This document shows positions 54,070-64,000 of a stretch of 64,000 nt of DNA, in pieces. The DNA comes from Callorhinchus milii. Lineage: Eukaryota. The position numbers and the translations under genes are program-made. Under the pieces are notes generated by a model that saw only the letters and a program-made list of their open reading frames with translations, did no database searches and was not told the origin of the DNA. Each line of letters starts with the position of its first letter. Within the stretch, counting starts at the first letter, position 1. Location of the stretch: NCBI RefSeq assembly GCF_018977255.1, contig NW_024704743.1, positions 99,202,001 through 99,266,000 of the forward strand, in the 5' to 3' direction.

Positions 54070-56080
54070 AATACAAAATTACATTTTTAAAGCGCCTTTC
54101 ACCTTGGGAGGAATTCCCAAGGCTCTGAACAGTCAGGGATTAGGACCCGAGCAGGAGGCGTGGTGGGTGGGATCAGGGAGGGTGGAGGGCAGGGACAGTA
54201 GGAGGGTTGCCGAAGGCACGGTGAAAGGAGGGTCTTGAGGCATGCCTTGAAAGACACAAGGGAGGGAGCGAGATGAAGGGAATGTGGGATGGAGTTCCAG
54301 AGGTGGGGGCAGAGTGGCAGAAAGCCCGCCCAATAGTGGGGGAGGCGGGCAAAGTGAAGCAGGCCAGAGCCCAGAGGGAACAAGCAGGATGGTAGGGGAT
54401 TAGGAGGTCGCAGAGATAGGGGAAGCAAGACCAAGGAGGGCTTTGAAGGTGAGGACCAGGATCTTGAACTGTGTGCTGTGTGATGGGAAATCAGTGGAGT
54501 TGGGCAAGGATGGGGGTGATAGGGTCACAGAACCTAGTGCGGAGATGGATCTAGGAAAGTATTTTTTTAAGGATAGGAATGATGACGGTGGTTTTTAATG
54601 GAGTGAGAACAGTACCAGGGGATAGGGAGAGGGTTATTGATGTCGGTGAGTAGAGGAGCAAGGAGGTGGAGGTGGGAAGTAAGGAGAGGGGTAGGGATGG
54701 GGTCGAGGGAGCAGGTGGTCGGTTTCATGCGGGTTATGGTGGAGAAGAGGACGGGCAGATGGTTCGAAGGTGTGTAGGGAGGGATGGGTGGGGGCTGGGG
54801 TGGGAGGGGGAAATGGGGAAGGGGTAGCAGATGGAATGGCAGATGCAGCTGTGTGTATTCCCTTGACTTTGGATTCGAGGAAATCCAGCATCGCCTCACA
54901 GTTGCCGTTTGTGGTGAGGGTGGGCGAGACGTGAGAGGGTGGGCAGAGGAGTCAGTTTGTGAAGGAGAAGAGCCTGGCGTTGTCCTTAGCTTCCAAGATT
55001 GTCTTGGAGTAGAACAATGATTTAGCGAAGGCAAGGGTAGGATTTGATATGGTCTAGCCAGATCTGCCAATGGACCGTTTGATTTAAGCCAAGTGCACTC
55101 AGTGGCATGGACCTGTGCTTTAAGGGAGCGGAGGTGGCTGGTGCACAATGGTGACTTACGTGAATAGGAGACGGTTTGGGAAGAGAAGGGAGTAAGGGGA
55201 TTGAAAGTGGAGGAGAGGGAGCTGTGGAGAAGAATAACTGAAGAGGATAGGTCATTGTGGGAGGAAGCCCAGAGGGGAAGGAGTTCAGATGACTCCAAGG
55301 CAGCTGAGAGGGAGGTGGGGGAAGAGAATTTTCCAGGGCCGGTAGGAGATGGAGGTGGGTTGGGTGGAGGTGGGGAGAGGGGTTGAGGAGTTAAAGGAGA
55401 TGAAGTGATGGTCCGAAATCGCTTTGTCGATGATGGTGAGATCCGAGACGGTGAAGCCCCGAGTGATCACCAGGTCAGGGGGATGACCGCGGACGTGGGT
55501 CGTGGAGTGGATGTGGAGGGAGAGATTGAGGGAGGAGATAAGGGAGGAAAAGTCAACAGAGGAGCAGTGAAGGTTGAAGTGGCCTAGGGTGAGGAGGTGT
55601 TCGGAGCAGAGGGAGAGGGAAGATAGGGCCCGACGCAGGCTTCGCAGGCTGGAGCAGAGGGAGGCTGTGGGACGGTTGAGCCGAGATAAGAGTCGGGGAG
55701 GGAGAGGAGGACCATGTGGGAGTAGGGGAGGGTAGAGGACAGGGGTGGGAGTATTATGGGGAAACAGCTCGGGTTGGTGGCGGCAGCCAAAATGTGTACG
55801 CCGAGACTAAGAGCGAACTGTGGGGTTGGTGGGGATCAACGAGGCATGGTTAGCCCACTGGTGAGGGTCATCATGGGGAGAGGGGGACAGTGTTATAGTC
55901 CCAGTCAGTCCAGGCTGAGAGATTCAACGTTGGTGGGCGGATGTGACGTCACGCAGCAGCCGGCCCTCTGGTTGGCTGGTGACTCGGAGAGTCAGCGATG
56001 GCCGCCACGGCCGCAGCGGCGAGTCTCACGTTGGCTCCTCGCGGCTCAGATAAAGGTGGAGCTCGGACTCCGCGCCGATG
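54070..56080 (-). mobile_element. L2-clade element with 5' region and endonuclease remnants, RT deleted (CLUL1 intron)
   Basis: ISDHHFISF (APE endonuclease end) and TCSLDPIPT motifs, then a jump to the 3' end near 54550. Confidence 0.8.
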
Positions 56081-56471
56081 CTGACCCCCCTCCCAGCCCG
56101 GCCCCCACCCATCCCTGCCTACACACCTTCGAACCGTCTGCCCCTGCTCTTCTCCACCATAACCCGCATGAAACCGACCACCTGCTCCCTTGACCCTATT
56201 CCTCTCCTTACCTCCCACCTCCACCTCCTTGCCCCTCTACTCACTGACATCAGTATCCCTCTCCCTGTCCCCTGGTACTGTTCCCACCCCATTAAAAACC
56301 ACCGTCATCATTCCACCCTTTCACGTCTCGCGGGTAAGCCAGGGCCCCGCTCCAGGCGTCGAATTGAGATCTCGCTCTGGCCGTCTGTTTAGGCTTTGCT
56401 CCGGACGTCGATATAGTTTCACGAAGAGGAAATATTGTTTTAATAAAGTATTTTTTTCTTTCCCTGCACAG

Positions 56472-56650
56472 ATAAAGTCTCCAAGCTTAGCAGGGAATGT
56501 CACTAATTCATCAGAGATTATTGTGGAAGTCAGTCTCTTGAACTCCCCGACTATTTCCTTTGCCGTCCCTGCTGCCATGACATGGAATGTTCCTAAGTTG
56601 GCGGACTTTGTGTCTGAGAAAGCATTTGAATTGTACAAGCGAAACTTCGG
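56472..56650 (+). CDS. CLUL1: CLUL1 coding exon 7 (IKSPS...FVSEKAFELYKRNF)
   Basis: C-terminal clusterin motif F-x-x-x-V-A/S-EKAL/F-x-x-Y; cacag|...GG|gtgagt; 179 nt. Confidence 0.9.
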
Positions 56651-57014
56651 GTGAGTTTTCCTCTTACGAAGATGTGTTTTATATGGTACAACCAGAATAT
56701 TCAATTGAATTTGTACTCTGGCAAGAGAGCACAAGTAGCAGAGAATTGCCAAATATGCAAAGGCATCGCAACCTATTGAGAAATACTTCAGAAGACTATG
56801 CGTCCAAGTCCCATTCTAGTGGAAATGGAAGAGTACTGCATTGTCAGAATTTCTGCCTTTCAGATAGCATATTAAATCAAGATCATGTCTTCCTCTTGTT
56901 CACTAACGACCTGTGAGAGTATTTGAAAAGGAGTTTCATCCAGTGTCCTTCAGAAAAATTGGTCATGGTTTAATGGACTTTGCTGTGCACAAAATGTCTT
57001 TTGTATTTGCATAC

Positions 57015-58010
57015 AAAAACAACAAAATTACAAGTGTATAATGCCATTCACGTCGAGTGGACATCCCAAGGGGCTGGAGAATCACTGTTTCGGGCCCAAG
57101 CTGGGGGTCTGGATCGTGGAAGGTGGAGGGCAAGGGGGGGAAGCAGGATGATCGAAGACACGGTCGAAGTTGAGGGTCTTGACATGGGTCTTGAAGGTGG
57201 CAAGAGAAGGGGTGAGGTAGAGGGACTGCGGGATGGAGTTCAGAGGGTCGGGGCAGAGTGGTTGAAGGCCCACCCCCCAATAGTGGGGCGAGCGAGGCAG
57301 GGGACGTGAAGCAGGATGAAGCGAGTAGGATGGTAGGGGGTTAGGAGGTCGCAGAAGTAGGGGGGGGGAGCAAGATCTTTGAGGGCTTTGAAGGTGAGGA
57401 CCAGGATCTTGAACTGTATCCCCTGTGTGATGGGAAGCCAGTGGAGTTGGACAAGGATGGGGGTGATAGGGTCACAGAACCTAGTGCGGGACATGACACG
57501 TGCTGCAGAGTTCTGGATGATCTGCAGCCTATGGAGGGAGGAGTTGGGGAGGCCGACAAGCAATAAGTTTGCATAGTCGAGCCTTGATGTAATGAAAGCG
57601 TGTATGAGGGTTTCGGCGGTCTGTGGTATGAGACAGTGGCAGGGCCGGGCGATGTTGCAGAGGTGGGAGAAGGCAGAGCGGGTCATGACACAGATGTGGG
57701 ATAGAAAGGATAGTTGAGGATCAAACAAGACCCCAAGGTTCCGGACTGGCTCAGTGAGGTGGAGTGTGATACCATGGATGGTGATGCTGTCAGCGCCCGA
57801 GGTGAGAAGGCTCTGGCGGGAGCCAATCAGGAGAGCCTCGGTCTTGTTGACGTTCAACTGAAGAAAGTTAGCTCTCATCCAGGACTTGATGTCTGACAGA
57901 CATTCTGTCAGGAGAGAAGTGGTCCTGGAGTCAACGGTGGAGACAGAGAGGTACAGTTGGGTGTCATCCACATATATGTGGAAGTTGACCCCATATCTGT
58001 GATTATATCA
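57015..58010 (-). mobile_element. L2-clade LINE 3' fragment (CLUL1 last intron)
   Basis: ORF 57240-57971, DDTQLYL...LDYANLLL...LHWLPI. Confidence 0.9.
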
Positions 58011-59092
58011 CCAAAGCAGTCATACACTTGAAAGCAACTACTGTAAAATACTTTGAGGAGCTTTAATTTGATAATGTGCTGTAATTGTTTTCTTTGAATA
58101 GTTATTTCCCCATTTGGAGAGGTAGCTGGAGTCCTGTAGCTCAGTGGTTGGAGCGCTCGCCTCGCAAGCGAGAGACCTGGGATTGATTCCCGGCAGGTTG
58201 AAACGTTTGTCCAGCTCCTTGGGACCTCCTCCTGACGTGAAAGGCGCTATACAAATGTGATTGTGTTATTGCTGTTACTCCGCATGCATCTGTTTACCTA
58301 GCAGTAAGTAGGAATCCGATTGTTAGTTGATTGGCGGATTGCTTTTTTGAGGTAATAATTCCTTGAAAAAAAATAATAATAAATTGGTCACTCAATCCAC
58401 AACAGTTGCAGAATACGATGCATACCTCATATTTGGGGGCTTAATTAAAGCATTTTTTAATATAGCTCATCAATGATTGGCAATCCCCCCCAAAAAAAAT
58501 ATGCCCATGGCACTGCTACCTGCAAGACTTTCCGATGAAGTATAAATCATGTCTCTTAAGTCAATCGGTTATTGCGTGAGTGTTGGATACACAGATATAG
58601 ACAGACACTTTGTCTTTATTAGTATAGATACAGAAATGATTTGGGAGAAAAATAAACTATTTCAATACATTTATTTGGACAGAAAGGCTGTCCCACAATA
58701 CAGTCCCACAAATCATCTGTTCATTACCACTGTTTATGGGACACTGCTGTGCAGAATTGGCTGCCGCGTTTCGCCCACAAAATATAGTCAATTCACTTTA
58801 CAGTATATTGTGTGAAGCGCTTTGGGACGTCTTGAAGACGTGATAAGGTGCTATATCAAATGCAAGGATTATTTATTATTTGTTAGGTGTGGTTTTCAGT
58901 GGCCAATTCATGCTTTCCATTTTTTTTTCTAACTTTCTTCAATCTGAGCTGGATTGGTTGTTGAACTGATATCATTGTACATCTGAGGAGTAACTTTGAA
59001 CTGCGGTGTGTGAATTTATGGACTGTCTAACAGAATTACAGGAGGTGCCTGCTGCACGTTGAGGCAAAGTTTAATATGCTTATTTTTTTCAG

Positions 59093-59108
59093 ATACAAGA
59101 GCCAGTGA
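59093..59108 (+). CDS. CLUL1: CLUL1 terminal coding exon (G-YKSQ-stop)
   Basis: Strong acceptor tatttttttcag|, phase-2 compatible, short terminal coding exon as in clusterins. Total CDS 1410 nt = 469 aa. AATAAA at 59368 and 59661. Confidence 0.65.
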
Positions 59109-60359
59109 AGTGAAGACGGAGATTCTTTGTTAAAGGACGAGACGTGATGACTCCCTTCAATCAAGCCTATAATTGTTAGTTAGATGCCTTGATAGGGAAC
59201 GTAATGTAGATGGCCAATGTTTGATTCAAGAAATCTAGTACATTTAATTGTAATTAAAGCATGATCTCTTTGATGGAAGGGATTAGAATTGATTATGAAG
59301 ATTTGATGTCAGGAATTAATTTGAAGAGGTATACAGCACTGAAAGCAATCTGATTTATATAGTATTAAATAAAAACTATAATTGTCGCAAAGACTAACTA
59401 ATCTCTGATACAGATGCTTTGCTGGCAGCAAAGACAGAATGGATAGAAGTGCACAAAGTGGTTCAGTTAATTCTCTACTTAGTCCACTAGATGACAGTGT
59501 ATTCCACAAGTTCCCAATGCACTGACCTGTAATGAATGTAACAAAGTTTGAGTTATAGCAAAGGATAGATAACATACATTTTAAGCGATTACAGATCTTC
59601 TACAAATAACAGTGTTGAATACCAGTATTTAATACCAGGATGGGATGGGGGAGGAGGGGAAATAAAGCATTTTTTAAAAAAAACATGGGAGGGGTCCCTT
59701 CATGCCTTGATGTGGTCCTCACAGGCAGTACACCGGTTCCTTTCTCCTAAAGATTCAAACTCAGTGAATTATTGGATCTGAGCTGAGGGAGAAAGCACAA
59801 AATTATTTTAATCTAATCTGTCTTCCTATTCGACAACTGTTGAATAACAAAGAAAAGGAGAAATTCTCAGAAGTGAGAAAAAACGGGCAGCTGGAAATCA
59901 CAGATCAGCCGACAGAAAATGACTCCCATACTCATCGCTGGAATTGAAAAAAAAACCATAGCTTTAATATACGGGCTTTCACACGGGCTGGACATATCAA
60001 AGCAGTTCGCAGGAATTACTTTAAAGTGTAGTGACTGTTTTGTCGGCGAACACGGCAGCCAATTCACGCACACGAAGGGTCATGAAGTGAGTGACTGATT
60101 TCATTTGGGGATTGTTGGCCGGGACACCAGCCTCGGACACCCTTCTCTTTTCAAATAGTGCTGTGGGATAAGAACATAAGAAACGCTGGACCAGAACATC
60201 GACCGAGATCCATCTGGTCCACCTTCCACCTTCCTGGTAGCTGCACGCGCACACGTCCCAAACTACCTACAAGCAGGATAGAGTCTCAGAGTGCTTAACA
60301 GTGGCAGAGCCTGACTCTGAGCCGGAGGGTGGGTGGGACGTGGTCAAAAAGGAAGGTGA

Positions 60360-60640
60360 AGCCCTGTAGCTCAGTGGTTAGAGAGCGCTCGCCTCGCAAG
60401 CGAGTGACCTGGGTTCAATTCCCGTCGGGGTGAATCCTCGGGCAAGTTTCCTTACTCCACGCGCCTGATAACCCTCAAGAAAAAATAACGATTTGGTCAC
60501 TTCAAGCCACGACGGCTCGTGGGACGCCGCTGCGCGCAATTGGCTGCCGGGTTTCGTCACACAGTCACTACACTTTACGGTCTATCTGAGAAGGCGCGAA
60601 AAGCGCGACATCCAAATGAGAGGATTGATTATTACTATCA
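60360..60640 (+). mobile_element. SINE family A, CpG-rich copy upstream of TYMS
   Basis: Head, body and degenerate tail. Confidence 0.8.
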
Positions 60641-60679
60641 TTATCTATGATAAGGTTTTCTGGTGGGTCTTGAAAAAAG

Positions 60680-60876
60680 GGGAGTGGGGCGGGGAGGGGA
60701 GGGGGAGGGGGAGGGGGGAGTGACCCCCCAGAGCAGGCAGTGGGGGAGGGGGCGGTCTGCAGCTCCTCCCGGGGATTGGAGAGGGGCCTCGGGGGGGCGT
60801 CAGGCCCTGAGAAAACAGCGCCAAAGTCAGCGCAGGGCCTGTGATTGGATGAGAGCGGCAAAAAAGGCGGGAATCC
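60680..60876 (+). promoter_or_regulatory. TYMS: TYMS GC-rich, TATA-less promoter
   Basis: GC box GGGGCGGGG (60686), inverted CCAAT boxes (60775, 60844), E2F-type GCGCCAAA (60818) and GGCGGGAA (60866). Confidence 0.65.
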
Positions 60877-61206
60877 ATGAAAATGGATTTGAAGGGAGAG
60901 AAAGACTCAGAGCAGCGCCCCCCGCCCCCCCCGGGGGGAGAGCAGCGCCCCCCGCCCCCCCCGGGGGGAGAGCAGCGCCCCCCGCCCCCCCCGGGGGGAG
61001 AGCAGCGCCCCCCGCCCCCCCGGGGGGAGAGCAGCGCCCCCCGCCCCCCCCGGGGGGAGAGCAGCGCCCCCCGCCCCCCCCGGGGGGGGAGCAGCAGTAC
61101 CTGCAGCTGATCAGGTTCATCATGGAGAAGGGGGTCCCGAAAAATGACCGCACCGGAACCGGTACCATCTCAGTGTTCGGGACGCAAACTCGGTACAGCC
61201 TCAGAG
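60877..61206 (+). CDS. TYMS: Thymidylate synthase exon 1 (N-terminal tandem repeat with an apparent 1-nt frameshift, then [39 protein letters not shown])
   Basis: TS motif DRTGTGT-SVFG-Q-RYSLR; donor G|gtgagt at 61206/7. Start codon uncertain (60877/60883 with frameshift, or 60849 in frame). Confidence 0.9.
60910..61088 (+). repeat. 30-bp GC-rich minisatellite, 6 units (GAGCAGCGCCCCCCGCCCCCCCCGGGGGGA)
   Basis: Unit lengths 30,30,30,29,30,30 read directly. Confidence 0.95.
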
Positions 61207-61237
61207 GTGAGTGGCCGCCTCCGGCCCTCCACACACT

Positions 61238-61675
61238 GAGGGGGGGGGGAGCAGGGGAGAGAGGGGGAGGGGGGGGAGAGAGGGGGGAGCAGGGGAGGGG
61301 CGGGAGAGAGGGAGTGGATGAGGGGGGGGGGGGGGGGAGGGGAGAGGGGGGAGGGGGGGAGAGGGGGAGGGGGGGAGAGAGGGAGGGAATGAGGGGGGAG
61401 GGGGGGGAGAGGGGGGAGGGGGGGAGAGAGGGAGGGGAGGGGGGGAGAGAGGGAGGGAATGAGGGAGAGGGGGGGAGCAGGGGAGAGGGAGAGGATGAGG
61501 GGGAGGGGGGGGAGAGAGGGAGGGGATGGGGGGGGAGAGAGGGAGGAGGGGAGAAGGAGGAGGCGGATGAGGGGAGGGGGAGAGAGGGAGGGGGGGAGAG
61601 AGGGAGGAGGAGGGGATGAGGGAGGGGGGGAGAGAGGGAGGGGATGAGGGGGAGCGGGGGAGGGGGACGGGGGCA
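61238..61675 (+). repeat. Polypurine G/A-rich low-complexity tract in TYMS intron 1
   Basis: About 440 bp almost entirely G and A on the + strand. Confidence 0.9.
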
Positions 61676-62437
61676 GTAAGTGTCCGCAGCTGTAACATCT
61701 GCACTGAGCTTCCACACCAGATGTGAGAGGGTAAACTATAATGTGTCTTACGGCGCAACCCGAAGGTGGGGAGGGAAGGGGCGACGTGGAGGGGTAGAGG
61801 AAGAGTGTTCCAGAGTTTCGGGGCGTAGTGGCTGAAATTGCGGCCTCCAATGGCGGTGCCGAGGGCCGAGGGACATCCAGGTGGATAATGTTTAATTCTC
61901 TTATTAAGATAAGCATTTAATTCCCTGAACTTTGGTAACGTTGGTTATACAGTAAAGTCTCACCTTGTGGTCACTCCCGACCTTGTGAGCAGTTTGTGAA
62001 TCTGACCTTTTTCCCCCCTCCCAGTAATTCATATTTCAACATTGCACGACCTCAGTTAGATGGCAAACTCGCATTGATAGGCAGTCAAAACTACGGATCA
62101 TGACTTACGACTTGCAAGAAGTTGTGCCGGCCGACCAATCCTGGACAACTACCAGTGCCAAACAGCTTAAATACATTAAACTACAATTCGATTTGACAAT
62201 TCAATTTGACTCACTGGTGAAGTCAACTCTGCTGCTATGGTCAAAATTACTCAATCCACTATTAGGCTATTACCTGACAGTGGAAGACACTGTTGTTAGG
62301 TTGGTGCACTTCCCTTCTCTCTTTGGGTTACTAAAAAGCTGGTTGCTCTACAGTTACATGTGATTCTTGTCAACTCAGGAAGTACCAACTTGCTTTAGAC
62401 TGTAGTGTGGTAACCTTCTCAAATGTTGTGTTTTCAG

Positions 62438-62511
62438 ATGAATTTCCCCTCCTCACAACCAAGCGAGTGTTCTTCAAAGGAGTCTTGGAAGAGCTATTGT
62501 GGTTTATTAAG
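62438..62511 (+). CDS. TYMS: Thymidylate synthase exon 2 ([25 protein letters not shown])
   Basis: Near-identical to vertebrate TS; 74 nt; ttttcag|...AAG|gtacag. Later exons lie beyond the window. Confidence 0.96.
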
Positions 62512-62547
62512 GTACAGTTTACTCAAAAAAGTCAATTAAACTAATGT

Positions 62548-62860
62548 GTGGAGTCCTGTAGCTCAGTGGTTAGAGCGCTCGCCTCACAAGCGAGAGACCT
62601 GGGTTCGATTCCCGGTAGGGCGAAACCTTGGGCAAGTTTCCTTACTCCACACGCCTGAAAATAATCCCTCAAGAAAAAAACAATAATAAATTGGTCACTT
62701 CAATCCAGGATTGTTTATGGCACACTGTTGTGTGCAATTGGCTGCCGTGTTTTGCCCACAAATATACAGTCAATTCACTTTACAGCATATTCTGTGAAGC
62801 ACTTCAAGACGTCTAGAAGATGTAAAAAGCGCTATATCAAATGCAAGGATCATTATATTA
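62548..62860 (+). mobile_element. SINE family A, full length (TYMS intron 2)
   Basis: Complete copy, tail-to-tail with a minus-strand fragment at 62881-63025. Confidence 0.88.
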
Positions 62861-63459
62861 TAATTCTGTGGAGTTTTATAATAATAATCCTTGTGTGTGA
62901 TGTAGTGCCTTATCATGTCTTCAAGATGTCTCAAAGCACTTCACAGAATATACTGTAAAGTGAATGACTATATTTTGTTGGCGAATGGCAGCAGCCAATT
63001 CCGCACAGCGGTGTCCCACAAACAGTGGTAATAAACAGATGATTTGTGGGACTGTGTTGTGGGACAGCCTTTCTGTCCAAATAAATGTATTGAAATAATA
63101 GTTTATTTTTCTCCCAAATCATTTCTGTATCTATACTAATAAAGACAAAGTGTCTGTCTATATCTGTGTATCCAACACTCACGCAATAACCGATTGACTT
63201 AAGAGACATGATTTATACTTCATCGGAAAGTCTTGCAGGTGGCAGTGCCATGGGCATATTTTTTTGGAGGGGATTGCCAATCGTTGATGAGCTATATTAA
63301 AAAATGCTTTAATTAAGCCCCCAAATATGAGGTATGCATCGTATTCTGCAACTGCGTAGCGCCAGAGGAAATTATGTACTATGAAGAGAGATATATCTAT
63401 ATTCTGCAGCAAGGGTATGGCATGATTTTTTAGTTGTCATGGGAGCTAGAGTCCTCCCA

Positions 63460-63870
63460 TGTGGGACAGAGACAATATATTATAAAGTGTAGTGACTGTG
63501 TTTTGTGGGAGAGACAGAGAGAGAGAGACAGAGAAAATACATTGAAGTACCACAGGAGTCCTCCCAGCTGAGTTTAGATAAAGACAAAATGTCTGTGTGT
63601 CAGTCTATATTCCATATTGGATCCTTTGATTGCAAGCGAAGATACAACGGGTACAGTTAGAGGAACAGAGAGAATATATTATAACGTGTAGTGACTGTGT
63701 TTTGTGGGAGAGACAAAGAGAAACAGAGAGAGACTGAAATAGTGTGATAGACTGGGAGAGAGACTGAGAAAAAATATATTAAAGGAGTCCTCCCACTGAG
63801 TATAGATAAAGACAAAATGTCTGTCTGTGTGTCAATCTACATTCTATGTTGGATCCTTTGGTTGCAAGCT
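63460..63870 (+). repeat. ~200-bp tandem duplication (2 units) in TYMS intron 2
   Basis: gtgtagtgactgtgttttgtgggagagac...ggatcctttg.ttgcaagc occurs twice. Confidence 0.85.
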
Positions 63871-63896
63871 GGTCTTTGAATATTGTACATTAATGT

Positions 63897-64000
63897 GTGG
63901 AGTTCTGTAGTTCAGTGGTTAAGAGCATTGCCTTGCAAGCGAGAGACCTGGGTTTGATTCCTGGCATGGTAAAACCTTGGGCAAGTTTCCTTACTCCACA
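63897..64000 (+). mobile_element. SINE family A head, cut by the window edge
   Basis: tRNA-like head. Confidence 0.8.

Noticed and set aside
58549..58815. Twin ORFs MSLKSIGYC... (also 62931-63209) suggesting a duplicated small gene
   Set aside because: They run into SINE sequence and only reflect the inverted duplication.
60663..61916. Long Gly/Glu-rich and Pro/Ser-rich ORFs on both strands
   Set aside because: By-products of the GC minisatellite and polypurine intron tract; only the TYMS exon portion is supported.

Overview
Vertebrate genomic DNA, most likely from a cartilaginous fish (inferred from the DeuSINE-like, L2 and CR1 repeat landscape). It carries the conserved COLEC12(-) / CLUL1(+) / TYMS(+) block. 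COLEC12 coding exons 1-2 lie on the minus strand (35675-35681, 31497-31547), so bases 1-31496 fall in its large intron 2. A complete 8-coding-exon CLUL1 gene (about 469 aa, one GC-AG intron) spans 48087-59108, with a candidate photoreceptor-type promoter near 46.1 kb. TYMS exons 1-2 span 60877-62511. The remainder is dominated by two tRNA-derived SINE families, L2 and CR1 LINE fragments and several MITE-like families. I see no evidence of a wholly new multi-gene system. The most notable features are: (1) a 30-bp GC-rich tandem array inside TYMS coding exon 1 with one frameshifting unit; (2) two SINE-anchored local inverted duplications of unique DNA, one bracketing the CLUL1 last exon and the TYMS promoter; (3) an unclassified ~550-bp dispersed repeat; (4) a long hairpin inside a MITE. 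Exon coordinates were counted by hand; repeat boundaries are approximate.
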